Shown in pieces: positions 30,948 to 40,542 of a stretch of 64,000 bases of DNA. Below the pieces are notes generated by a model. That model was not told the DNA's origin and searched no databases. It saw nothing but the letters and a program-made list of their open reading frames with translations. Every line of letters starts with the position of its first letter. Position 1 is the stretch's first letter. Made by a program: the position numbers and the translations under genes. Origin of the DNA: Candidatus Latescibacterota bacterium (GTDB lineage Bacteria; Latescibacterota; UBA2968; GCA-2709665); assembly GCA_965226795.1 (NCBI GenBank), contig CBDDDZ010000004.1:480001-544000 (forward strand), given 5' to 3'.

Positions 30948-31911
30948 TTTTCCGTCAAAAAACGAGGTCACCATCTGTTTTGCCGTTACCTATCAGATGG
31001 CGGCCAGGTTTGAGAAGCGTGAGTCCGGTATCAGCCACTACCAGGCGTGGACGCCGGATGAGGTGGCCGAGCGAATCGGCGAGGTTGTCGTGTTCGTGGG
31101 TTACGGATTCTGGCGCAACGATCTGCTTGACCTCGCGCCTCGGCTCAGGTTGATCCAATCAATCGGCTCGGGGTACGACGTGTTTCCATTGGATGAGTTG
31201 AGGACACGGGGCATCCGGCTTACCAGTTCCCAGGGTGTGAACAGGAACGCCGTGAGTGAGCACGCGATGGCGCTTATTCTGGCGTTTGCCCGACACATCC
31301 ACACCGGACGGGACAACCAGCGCCGGCGCCACTGGCGCGGAATGATCTCGGACCTGTCGCGGCGAGAGGACGAACTGGGTGGAAAGACGATGCTGATCGT
31401 GGGGATGGGAGGTATCGGCTCCAGGCTGGCAGCGCTGGCCAGGGCGTTCGATATGCGCGTCCTTGCCACGAAGCGGGACCCGGCGACCGCCCTGGGACCG
31501 GCGGACGAAGTGCATACGCCGGACCGGCTGCGGGACCTGCTGCCGCAGGCGGACTACGTCGTCTTGACCTGTCCGCTGACGCCGGAGACGGAGAAGATTA
31601 TCGACGCAGAGGCCCTGTCTGCGATGAAGAGCTCTTCGTGTCTGATCAATGTGGCTCGGGGCAGGTGCGTTGATGAGCCGGCGCTGTTGGAAGCGGTACG
31701 CAGCGGGTCGATAGGGGGTGCCGGGATCGACCTTTTGTGGGACGAGCCGCTGCAGGAGGACTCGCCGTTTTGGGACGTAGAGAATGTGGTGATCACGCCC
31801 CACACCGCGGGCCAGACCCGGATGTACGAGGAGAATACAATCGATATTCTGTTGGAGAACCTGGAACGGCTGTGGCGTGGGGAGGTGGAACTGCGTAACC
31901 AGGTTCTGTAG
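30940..31911 (+). CDS. D-2-hydroxyacid dehydrogenase
   Basis: AGGAG + TTG start; GMGGIG, LINVARG, ITPHTAG. Confidence 0.9.
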   Translation: MRDFPSKNEVTICFAVTYQMAARFEKRESGISHYQAWTPDEVAERIGEVVVFVGYGFWRNDLLDLAPRLRLIQSIGSGYDVFPLDELRTRGIRLTSSQGVNRNAVSEHAMALILAFARHIHTGRDNQRRRHWRGMISDLSRREDELGGKTMLIVGMGGIGSRLAALARAFDMRVLATKRDPATALGPADEVHTPDRLRDLLPQADYVVLTCPLTPETEKIIDAEALSAMKSSSCLINVARGRCVDEPALLEAVRSGSIGGAGIDLLWDEPLQEDSPFWDVENVVITPHTAGQTRMYEENTIDILLENLERLWRGEVELRNQVL

Positions 31912-31949
31912 ACGGGGGCCCTCACCCGCCCGGCTGTGGCGGGCAGGGC

Positions 31950-34451
31950 ATGAATAATTGGATCTTGTGTACGGAGAATATGGGTATGGTGAGGTTAGAG
32001 GTGTTGAAGGCTGCGGTGAACTGTGTGACGCTGCAGGTGGACCTTCAGGGCGAAAGGGGCGCGCGGGTTTATCGTGCGCGGCGGGCGTCCGGGCCTTATG
32101 AGGAAGTGGGGGTGGCGTATGAGGAGCGGTATGTGGATGGGGCGGATCTGGAGCCGGGGAGGCGGTATTTCTATTTTGCTGTAGCCTGGAACAGTCCCTA
32201 CCTATATCCGGAGACAGGGTGGTGGAAGGAGGGGAAGCCGGTTTCTGTAAATGTTCCACGAGCGCCGAAGGAAACGCGGGCCATGCTGACGCGGAAGCGG
32301 CAGGCGTTCAGGGTCAATATGGGCGGAAACCTGGATGAGTCGAATACCGTGACGAAGCAGCCGGAGACGTACTCTTCCGGACCGGGCGGGAGTATGCCGC
32401 CCTACGATCAGGCGTTTGAGCCGAACATGTATGTGGTAATCGAAAACCTGGGGGAGACAAATGTGGTGAATCCGTGGGTGGTGGCCAATGGGGAGAAGGA
32501 CTGGTGGTCGGTTGAGAACATGTCGCGGGAGATACTGGCGACCGCAGGTTCCGGCGCGTCGGATGGCGAGAAGGCGATGGGCGTGTGGCGATTTGTTGCC
32601 GAAGAGCTTTACGACCAGAGGGCGGGTCTGTCGTGGTCGGACGATTTTGGCGATCCGGTGAAGCTGCTCAATGTGTACGGGTTCGACGGCTGTATTGCGA
32701 ATGCTGTCGTGAGTTGTCGTTTAGCTGAGGCAGTAGAACTGAAGGCCCGTGAGATCTGGCTGGGCGGAATTGCCTCAATAGATGGCTACGGCCGGGGACG
32801 GGCCTGCGCCCATGATATTTTTGAAGCGTATGCGGAAGGGGACTGGCGTTTCCTGGATACGGATCAGATGGTGTATTTCCTGAAGCGGGACAACAGGACG
32901 GTGGCGGGGTCGGAGGATCTGTCGCGGGATATCGATCTGATGCGCCGGTCGCACCGAAACCTGGGTCTGGCGGGAAGGGATATGCCGGATAATGAGTACT
33001 ATTTCGAGCCTTTCCGTGAACGGCAGTTTGTGTATCCGCCGAACAGAGGGGGGGTCTGGACGGACAACGCAGGGGTTTTTACGCATGCGCCAGGGGAATA
33101 TCCGCCGCCGCATACGATGGGGCTGCGGCTGCGTCCGGGGGAGAAACTGGTGCGCTACTGGGACAACGTGGGAAAGCAGGTGGTGCGGGGGCCTCGAATG
33201 CATCCGGAGGTACGATATTCCAACGGAAAGCTGGTCTACCGGCCGGACCTGCGCAGTCCGCTCTGTCTGAAAGGGACAACGGAGATGACGAATGTGGCGC
33301 AGGAGGGCTCGGTACGGAGAGCCGCGCTGCATCCGGCAAAGGCGGGGCTGGTGTCGGAGGTGGTGTGGAAGGTGGCGTCGCCCTATGCGATTCCGGGGGC
33401 GCAGGTGGGGATCACCTGCCGGCGGGAGACCCGGGAGGACGGTTTTGAGGTCTTGTTTTCAAAGGATGGGAAGAACTGGCGTTCGGTCTGGATCGCGTGC
33501 GGACAGATGCGCGAGGGCAGACAGGATATTGTGCGCAAGCTGGACGCGTGCATAGAGTTGGACGGGCTCATCAATCCGGCGCTTAACGACTGGCGGGAGG
33601 AGAAGGACCTGGTGTGGCGGATGGGGCCATGCTATTCCTACTACATCAAGGTGGCGATGTGGGCAGGCTCCGGTCCGGAGGCAGTGGGGCTGGACGCGAT
33701 CCGGTTCGACACGGACATCCAATGCGCCACGCGATCCCTGCCCTCGCTGTTTTGCGGTACCAATACAATCGCCTACAGGGACGACAGCCAGGGACGGAGA
33801 AAGGTGCGGGTGACGTATGGCTGGCAGGAGGAACCTGCGATAGGACCTCCCGCGGCGCCGGAGCAGGTGTATCCCGGGGACGGGGCGGATGTGAACCGCC
33901 TGGATTTCGAGTTCCGGTGGAAGCGTCCCGGGGGGGGCAGTGCACGTGTGGACGAATACCACGTGCAGGTGAGCCGGTACGCGGATTTCCGGTGGTGCGT
34001 CTGCCCGACGTTCGACCGCTATGTGGGGAGGACGAAATATTCGGGAAAGACGCGGTGGCAACCGGAGTTTCCGAATCTGTTGAATCCGGATGAGACCTAC
34101 TACTGGCGGGTGCGGGCGAGAAACGCGAAGGGGGTGTGGGGAGACTGGAGTAAGGTGCGGTCATTCGTGCCGCACGGTCCTCGTCTTCCGGTGGGTCTCG
34201 AGGTAGAGGGGCGAGACAAAGGGAGGGCGCTGGCGTGGTCGGCGAATAAGGAGGGAAATCCGCCGATGGCGTATCGGGTTCACGGATCGATGGAGCCGGG
34301 CGGTTTTTCGGCAAGCGAGGAGAATCTGGCGGGCGTCGTGAAAGAGACGTGCTGGCCGCTGGACGGTGCGAGAAAGGGGACGTCGTATCGTGTTGTGGCG
34401 GTTGATGCGCGCGGGGTACCGAGTACGCCGTCGGATTACGTCGAAATATGA
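31950..34451 (+). CDS. Large protein with transglutaminase-like core and FN3-like domains
   Basis: DPVKLLNVYGFDGC..AHDIFEAY..WRFLDTD (Cys-His-Asp spacing); YYWRVRARN..WGDWS and YRVVAVD FN3 motifs. Confidence 0.6.
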   Translation: MNNWILCTENMGMVRLEVLKAAVNCVTLQVDLQGERGARVYRARRASGPYEEVGVAYEERYVDGADLEPGRRYFYFAVAWNSPYLYPETGWWKEGKPVSVNVPRAPKETRAMLTRKRQAFRVNMGGNLDESNTVTKQPETYSSGPGGSMPPYDQAFEPNMYVVIENLGETNVVNPWVVANGEKDWWSVENMSREILATAGSGASDGEKAMGVWRFVAEELYDQRAGLSWSDDFGDPVKLLNVYGFDGCIANAVVSCRLAEAVELKAREIWLGGIASIDGYGRGRACAHDIFEAYAEGDWRFLDTDQMVYFLKRDNRTVAGSEDLSRDIDLMRRSHRNLGLAGRDMPDNEYYFEPFRERQFVYPPNRGGVWTDNAGVFTHAPGEYPPPHTMGLRLRPGEKLVRYWDNVGKQVVRGPRMHPEVRYSNGKLVYRPDLRSPLCLKGTTEMTNVAQEGSVRRAALHPAKAGLVSEVVWKVASPYAIPGAQVGITCRRETREDGFEVLFSKDGKNWRSVWIACGQMREGRQDIVRKLDACIELDGLINPALNDWREEKDLVWRMGPCYSYYIKVAMWAGSGPEAVGLDAIRFDTDIQCATRSLPSLFCGTNTIAYRDDSQGRRKVRVTYGWQEEPAIGPPAAPEQVYPGDGADVNRLDFEFRWKRPGGGSARVDEYHVQVSRYADFRWCVCPTFDRYVGRTKYSGKTRWQPEFPNLLNPDETYYWRVRARNAKGVWGDWSKVRSFVPHGPRLPVGLEVEGRDKGRALAWSANKEGNPPMAYRVHGSMEPGGFSASEENLAGVVKETCWPLDGARKGTSYRVVAVDARGVPSTPSDYVEI

Positions 34452-34483
34452 CCGGGATGGACGATATAGAGAGGACGTAGGAG

Positions 34484-36463
34484 ATGACCGACACCCGGGC
34501 GGAAGGCATTCGAGGTCGAACCCCTGGCGAACGCGGGATGTCAGGTGAGGAAGTGGTGGATGGACTGACGGGTCGGGCATTCCTGATCGGGCTTGCCCTT
34601 TGCCTGTTTCTGGCAGTGGCGATCCCTTACAACCGCATGGTGATCCAGGGCACGTCTCTCCATTTCTATTTTGTAGATCGAGGCGTCTTGTTTGTTTTTC
34701 TGTGTCTGATCCTTCTTGTAAACGTCGTCCTGAAGCCAGAGCACACACTGAAGCGGGGAGAACTCCTGTGCATCTTTTCGATGCTTCTGGTGTCGATGCC
34801 CACCCTGTGGATGGTCAAGTGGCTGATCGCCTTCCTGACCGGCATGACCTACTACGCTTCTCCGGAGCGTCCCGATCTGGAGGCGGTGCTGCCCCATGTT
34901 CTCCCGTGGACGGCCCCCCGGAACGCCTCGGCCGTGCGGGGGTTCTACGAGGGGCTTCCGCAGAACGTTCCCCTGCCCTGGCTGGCATGGCTGGCCCCTC
35001 TGGCGAGTTGGGGTTCTTTTTTCCTGGTATTGTTCGGGGTGCTGATATGCATCGCCGTGATTTTTCGAAGGCAGTGGGCGGAACACGAGCGGTTCGCGTT
35101 TCCGATTCTGCAGGTACCGCTGGAGATGGCGAAAACGGGAAGTGGGCGGTTGGGTCCCCTGTTCAGGAACCGGCTGATGTGGGCGGGATTTTCGATTCCT
35201 TTCCTGATCGGTATGTTCAACGGGCTGAATCACTATTTCCATACGTTGCCCAGAATCCGGATGGGGACGATGCTTCGGATCTTTCAGGGAACGACCTCGT
35301 TGCCCCTCCGGCTGCACTTTGCCATTCTCGGGTATTCATACTTTGTGAATCTGGACGTTAGCCTGAGCATCTGGATGTTCAACGTGATCTCCAAGGTCAT
35401 CCGTGGGATGTTGGCAGTCGTGGGCGCTGAGTATTCGGATGTATCCGGGATGGTGGGTCGGTTCAGTTCCCGGGGCTCGTCGTTTCTGGCATTGACGGGG
35501 ATGGGGTATATGCTGGTGCTGGCCGCCTACAGTGCGTGGACCGCAAGGGGCCACCTGCGAGGGGTTTTCGCCAGGGCGCTGGGAAGGCCGTCAAATGCCG
35601 ACGATTCCGATGAAGTCATCTCCTACCGGGCGGCTGTTCTCGGGGCCCTGGCGGGGTTGGTGTATCTCGGGTGCTGGCTGAATCAGGCCGGAATTTCCGT
35701 CGCTCTGATTTCGTTTCTGTTTTTTTCCTGTATCGTGGTGTTTTTTGTACTGGCCCGGATTGTGAGCGAGACGGGATTCGTAGCCACATATTCGCCGATC
35801 AACCCCGCGGAGTTTGTGGTCTGCGCGACGGGTTCCTCTGCGTTCAGCCCGGCGGGGCTCGTGACGCTCGGGTTCAGCTACGCCTGGACAATGACGCGGG
35901 TCAGCAATGTGATGCCCCGCGCTCTGGGGGCTCTGTGGCTGTCGAGGGAGATGAGGCGCAAACGCGGCATGATCTGGGCGATGGGCGCGGCGATGGCGGT
36001 TGGGCTGATTACGGCAAGCGCGATGACGCTGGACCTGGGCTATGCGCGCGGCGGCCTGAACCTGGACCGGCACTTCCGCGATTATTCGCGCATCCCTTTC
36101 GATGCCTTTGTGGGGACGCGCATGCTGGAGCCGAGTCCCGTATTCACGAAAGGGCTGCTTTATACCGGACTCGGCATAGGGGTTGCGGGTCTGTTAACCC
36201 TGCTGAGAATGCGCCTTAGATGGTGGCCTCTACACCCGGTGGCGCTGCCTTTGAGTACGATCTGGTACACGGATACCTATTTTTTCAGTGTATTCCTGGC
36301 CTGGGGGATGAAGGCGACCGTGTTGAAATTCGGAGGGGCGAGGCTCTACCGTAGAACCCGGCCGTTTTTCATGGGGATTATTCTGGGAGAGGCGACAGGT
36401 GCGGGTGTGTGGGCCATCGTGGACTATTTCACTGGAACCATTGCGAACAGGGTTTTCGTATAA
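34484..36463 (+). CDS. OPT-like multi-pass transporter (DUF6785/DUF6784), paralogue 3
   Basis: Same motifs as paralogues 1 and 2. Confidence 0.8.
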   Translation: MTDTRAEGIRGRTPGERGMSGEEVVDGLTGRAFLIGLALCLFLAVAIPYNRMVIQGTSLHFYFVDRGVLFVFLCLILLVNVVLKPEHTLKRGELLCIFSMLLVSMPTLWMVKWLIAFLTGMTYYASPERPDLEAVLPHVLPWTAPRNASAVRGFYEGLPQNVPLPWLAWLAPLASWGSFFLVLFGVLICIAVIFRRQWAEHERFAFPILQVPLEMAKTGSGRLGPLFRNRLMWAGFSIPFLIGMFNGLNHYFHTLPRIRMGTMLRIFQGTTSLPLRLHFAILGYSYFVNLDVSLSIWMFNVISKVIRGMLAVVGAEYSDVSGMVGRFSSRGSSFLALTGMGYMLVLAAYSAWTARGHLRGVFARALGRPSNADDSDEVISYRAAVLGALAGLVYLGCWLNQAGISVALISFLFFSCIVVFFVLARIVSETGFVATYSPINPAEFVVCATGSSAFSPAGLVTLGFSYAWTMTRVSNVMPRALGALWLSREMRRKRGMIWAMGAAMAVGLITASAMTLDLGYARGGLNLDRHFRDYSRIPFDAFVGTRMLEPSPVFTKGLLYTGLGIGVAGLLTLLRMRLRWWPLHPVALPLSTIWYTDTYFFSVFLAWGMKATVLKFGGARLYRRTRPFFMGIILGEATGAGVWAIVDYFTGTIANRVFV

Positions 36464-36490
36464 ACGACGATCACATAAACGGGAGATGGG

Positions 36491-38038
36491 ATGGATATTT
36501 TCGACATGAACTGTATGCTGGGGCCGACACGTACAGACCGCGAGCCGTGCTTTCGGACACCCGAGGCGCTGCTGGCCGAGATGGATCGACTGGGCATCTC
36601 GGAAGCCCTGGTCTACGCGAGCCACGCGGCCATGGGACATCCGGCGGACGCGAACGCATGGGTGGTGGAGGCCACGCGTTCCCATCCGCGCCTGCACCCG
36701 TGCTGGGCGGTGTTGCCACCGGGAACGGGGGAACTGCCGGAGCCGGAAAAACTGGTGGCGCAGATGCGCACCCAGGGGGTGCGGGCGGCCAGGATATTTC
36801 CGGGAGTACACGGTTTTCCGTTGCTGGAACGAATTCTTCGGCCCCTGTTGAAAGCGCTCTCCGAGGCGGGATTTCCTTTGCTTCTGGACGAGGGACGCAC
36901 GAGCTGGAGCCAGCTCACAGACTGGCGATCGGTCTTTGAAATCTCAGAGGCGCACGCCGCGCTGCCGCTCGTGCTGATACGGGAAGGCGGCACTACCGCG
37001 AGGGCGCTGTTCGGGGTTTGGGACGCGTTTCCCAACCTCTATATCGAGACGTCCTACATCCAGGAGTCTCGGATCGTGGAGGAGATTTCAGGGCGTTTCG
37101 GACACCGGCGATTGTTGTTCGGAACGGGGATGCCCGCCTGGGACCCGGGAGGGCCGCTGGGCCTTCTGGAAGGCGCGCGGATTTCCCGGAATCAGTGTGC
37201 GGATATTGGAGGGAACAGCCTCAGACGCCTGCTGGGTCTGCCCGAGCGCGAGGCTGGCGCGGCGCCGGTCTGGCCCTGCGGTGCGGACGGTTTCCGCGTG
37301 TTTGACGTTCACGGGCATCTGGGCAGGTTTCATTCGAAGTACCACCTGGACTGGTCGGCCGAACAGATGGTGTCGCGCATGGACGAAGTGGGAGTGGAGC
37401 GGTTTGCGGTCAGCCATTTTCTGGCCATCGGAGCCGACTACCGGACAGGCAACGACCGGATCGGGGCAGGCGTGGCGGCCTTTCCGGATAGGCTCGCGGG
37501 ATACGTGGTCTACAATCCGAACTACGAATCGGAGATGGCCGATGAAATGGCGCGCGGGTTCGACGAACTCGGCTGCAGTGGTATCAAGCTCCACTGCGGG
37601 CTTCACGACACGTCAACCGAGGACCCACGCTACCGTTTGGCGTTTCAGACGGCGCACGAGCGGAACTGTCCCATGCTTTGCCATGTCAGCTACGGACCGT
37701 CTCCCGCTTTTTTAATGGATACGCTCGCGGCGTTCCCCGACGCGAAATTCATCTATGCCCACCTCGGCGGAGGAAGCCGCGAAGGACTGAAGCCCTTTCT
37801 CGATGTAGCCCACGCACGGCCGAATCTGTTTTTCGATCTGGGTTTCTCGAAAATGGCGCGTGGCACGCTCGCCTGGCTGGTCGAGCAGGCGCCGCCAACG
37901 CAGATCCTGTACGGCTCGGACCACCCCGTAAACGGGTTTCCGTACCAACTCGGACGGGTGCTGTATGCGGACATTCCGGATGCGTTGAAGCGCGTAATTC
38001 TATGGGACAATGCGGCCAGAATATTCGGCGTGCAATAA
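36491..38038 (+). CDS. Tandem two-domain amidohydrolase_2 protein
   Basis: Two TIM-barrel repeats; the C-terminal one has DVHGH, IKLH, YAHLG, LYGSDHP, DNAARIF. Confidence 0.85.
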   Translation: MDIFDMNCMLGPTRTDREPCFRTPEALLAEMDRLGISEALVYASHAAMGHPADANAWVVEATRSHPRLHPCWAVLPPGTGELPEPEKLVAQMRTQGVRAARIFPGVHGFPLLERILRPLLKALSEAGFPLLLDEGRTSWSQLTDWRSVFEISEAHAALPLVLIREGGTTARALFGVWDAFPNLYIETSYIQESRIVEEISGRFGHRRLLFGTGMPAWDPGGPLGLLEGARISRNQCADIGGNSLRRLLGLPEREAGAAPVWPCGADGFRVFDVHGHLGRFHSKYHLDWSAEQMVSRMDEVGVERFAVSHFLAIGADYRTGNDRIGAGVAAFPDRLAGYVVYNPNYESEMADEMARGFDELGCSGIKLHCGLHDTSTEDPRYRLAFQTAHERNCPMLCHVSYGPSPAFLMDTLAAFPDAKFIYAHLGGGSREGLKPFLDVAHARPNLFFDLGFSKMARGTLAWLVEQAPPTQILYGSDHPVNGFPYQLGRVLYADIPDALKRVILWDNAARIFGVQ

Positions 38039-38070
38039 TGGATTCTCATCAAACGCGGAGGTCTTCATTC

Positions 38071-39783
38071 ATGCAAATCGGCATTCTGACGCACCCGCCC
38101 GATCTTTCGGACTATACCGCGGAGATTTTCAATACCTGGGGGCTTGTCGCCCATGAACGGGTTCGGGCCGGCCAGGTGGACGCACTGGATCCGGAATCGA
38201 CTCCGGTGCTGGTCTGTCCGGCAGCAGAAGGTGACGGAGACGTCCACGAGCGCTTGATCGATTTCGCCAGGCGCGGCGGCACGGTGATGACGTTCCTGCC
38301 CAGGGATGCGCTAGCCGACGCCGCGGGACTGGTCTACGTAGGGACCAAGGCCGCGCCCCTTCGCCTGCGTCCCGTGCGTTATCCGGCGGCGGGCGTTTCA
38401 GGTGAGGACTTCCCGGTCGTCGGGGAGGCAGGTCATTACGATGCGCGACCCGGTGCGGGATCGGGTTTGGCCTATCTGTACCACCCGGACGGATTTGAGG
38501 GAGAGTCAGTCGGGGTAATCGAAACGCCAACCGGAAAGGGTCGTATCGTCGCCTTCGCTTTCGACCTGCCCAGGTGCGTGTTCACCCTGCGGCAGGGCGA
38601 TCCGGATCAGGTCGAGCGGGCGGTGGAAGGCAATGTCCGGGCGGATTCCATAGGAATCGACCTGGGTCCGGCGGACAGCGGCCTGATGCCATTTGCCGAT
38701 CTGCTGGCGCGTTGGCTGGTGGAACTGGTCTGCCGGTTTGTTCCGGCGCCCGTGCCCCTGCTGTGGCATCTGCCGGGAGAGGCGGCCGCCCTTGTGCTTT
38801 ACTCCGGCGACGAGGATGGCGCGGAGATTTCGGCGGTGGAGCAGGAATTCCGGGAAGTAGCGGCGTCTGGGGCGCGCATGAGCCTCTATATCATTCCTAT
38901 CGGTACGGATTCGACGGCCGCGGACGTGCAGCGGTATCGTCAGAACCACGACGTGGGACCGCATCCGAACCTCCGGTCCCTGGACGGACGGCCGATACCG
39001 GAGCGCGTCGCGGAATTCGAGCGACAGATTCTGCTCTTCGAAAAAATGTACGGGTTCAAGCCCACGAGCGTCCGCAACCACTGCCTGTCCTGGGCGGGAT
39101 ACCTCGAACTGGTGGAAGCGGAGGCGCGGCTGGGTATCCGGATGGATGCGAACTATCTGTGCTCCGCGTATATGCGGGACCGGTGCAGTGGTCCGTACCA
39201 TCTCAGGGGTGCGGCTATGCCGATGCGATTCTGCCACCCGGACGGCCGCCTGGTCGACGTGCTCCAGCAGCACACCCACCTGTCCGACGACGTCTGGTTC
39301 CAGGAGAGCGCACCTAAATCCTTCCATTATTCGCCGGAGATGTATGGCGTTCTTGTGGACCGCATCCTTGACGACAGCGCCACGCGATTCCACGTGCCAT
39401 ACGGCGTGATCCTGCACCCGGGAAACTGGGTGAGATATTCGAGGGAGCACGGGCTGGTTCTGCTGAAGAAGGCCGCGGAACGGAACGTTCCCGTCTGGTC
39501 CTACGATCAGTGGTGCGACTTCTGGTTTCTTCGGGACCGTTGGCGTGTGGAAAGTCTGTCCTGGCGAGACGGCACGCTGAGATTCACTGCCACGGGCGCG
39601 CCTGACGACGGAAATCTTCGCTGGCTGATTCCCGAGAAGTTCGGTGATCGGGGGCTGAGCGCATTGTCGATGGACGGCCAGCCCGCGCCGTACAATATCG
39701 TCTCCCGGTATGGCCGGAGCGTGGCGCTGGTGCCATTGGGCAGTGGCAGGGCGACGTGCGAGATAGAGGCTGTTTACTGCTGA
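38071..39783 (+). CDS. Class I GATase-like domain fused to a polysaccharide deacetylase (NodB-like) domain
   Basis: FARRGGTV, GKGRIVAFAFDL; SGDED, DVGPHP, SVRNH, ILHP; GGAGG RBS. Confidence 0.6.
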   Translation: MQIGILTHPPDLSDYTAEIFNTWGLVAHERVRAGQVDALDPESTPVLVCPAAEGDGDVHERLIDFARRGGTVMTFLPRDALADAAGLVYVGTKAAPLRLRPVRYPAAGVSGEDFPVVGEAGHYDARPGAGSGLAYLYHPDGFEGESVGVIETPTGKGRIVAFAFDLPRCVFTLRQGDPDQVERAVEGNVRADSIGIDLGPADSGLMPFADLLARWLVELVCRFVPAPVPLLWHLPGEAAALVLYSGDEDGAEISAVEQEFREVAASGARMSLYIIPIGTDSTAADVQRYRQNHDVGPHPNLRSLDGRPIPERVAEFERQILLFEKMYGFKPTSVRNHCLSWAGYLELVEAEARLGIRMDANYLCSAYMRDRCSGPYHLRGAAMPMRFCHPDGRLVDVLQQHTHLSDDVWFQESAPKSFHYSPEMYGVLVDRILDDSATRFHVPYGVILHPGNWVRYSREHGLVLLKKAAERNVPVWSYDQWCDFWFLRDRWRVESLSWRDGTLRFTATGAPDDGNLRWLIPEKFGDRGLSALSMDGQPAPYNIVSRYGRSVALVPLGSGRATCEIEAVYC

Positions 39784-39867
39784 AGGCGCGGGAAGCGCCG
39801 TTTGGAAGCGCAACGGACAGAGAGGCTCGACCGATTCGCAACAACCGAATGATGAAGGAGGCGGCGC

Positions 39868-40512
39868 ATGCAGAAACTGGTCTTCCTGGGCATCGGATCC
39901 AACAACTCGGATATTCTGGACGCCGTCGTGGAAACCAATGCCTTGAAGCCGACCTACGATGTGCTGGGGTACGTGACCCGAGACGGCAAGCCAACAAAAA
40001 GGGGCGGGCTGAAACACCTGGGCGACTTTGACGCGGTTCGTTCGCTACCGGAGGATGTGCAGATAACCGGCTTTACTTTCGGTCCGGGGAGTTATCGAAC
40101 CTGGCCGGATACGGTGGCCGGGCTGGGCCTGCCGCGGGAGCGATTCGCCACAATCGTCCATCCCCGCGCGTTTGTTTCCGCGCAAAGCACGGTAGGACGG
40201 GGGTCGGTTGTTCTGGCGGGCACGACGGTAGGCGCATTCGTGACCATCGGCGACCACGTGATTGTCCTGCAGAACGTGGGACTGTCCCACGACGACGTGA
40301 TCGAGGATTACTCATGCCTTGCGGTGGGGGTGAGCTTTTCGGGAAGCGTACGGGTGGGACGGAACTGTTTTCTGGGTACGAACTCGACAATCATCGGCGC
40401 CGCAATCGGCGAGGGAAGCATGGTGGGCGCCGGCGCGCTGATCCGGCACGACGTGCCCGCTGGGGAGGTCTGGGTGGGAAATCCTGGGAGGTATTTGCGG
40501 AAGGTACGATAG
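39868..40512 (+). CDS. NeuD/PglD family hexapeptide-repeat sugar acetyltransferase
   Basis: FATIVHPRA, hexapeptide repeats, SHD, VGAGA..WVGNPGR. Confidence 0.85.
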   Translation: MQKLVFLGIGSNNSDILDAVVETNALKPTYDVLGYVTRDGKPTKRGGLKHLGDFDAVRSLPEDVQITGFTFGPGSYRTWPDTVAGLGLPRERFATIVHPRAFVSAQSTVGRGSVVLAGTTVGAFVTIGDHVIVLQNVGLSHDDVIEDYSCLAVGVSFSGSVRVGRNCFLGTNSTIIGAAIGEGSMVGAGALIRHDVPAGEVWVGNPGRYLRKVR

Positions 40513-40542
40513 TGCTTACAAGAACACCTGGGTTTCACTTGC

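Noticed and set aside
38506..40017. Long minus-strand ORF (503 aa) and similar antisense ORFs (13214-14500, 17791-18807, 21740-22855, 31159-32259)
   Set aside because: Shadow frames of well-supported plus-strand genes in GC-rich DNA; no recognisable motifs
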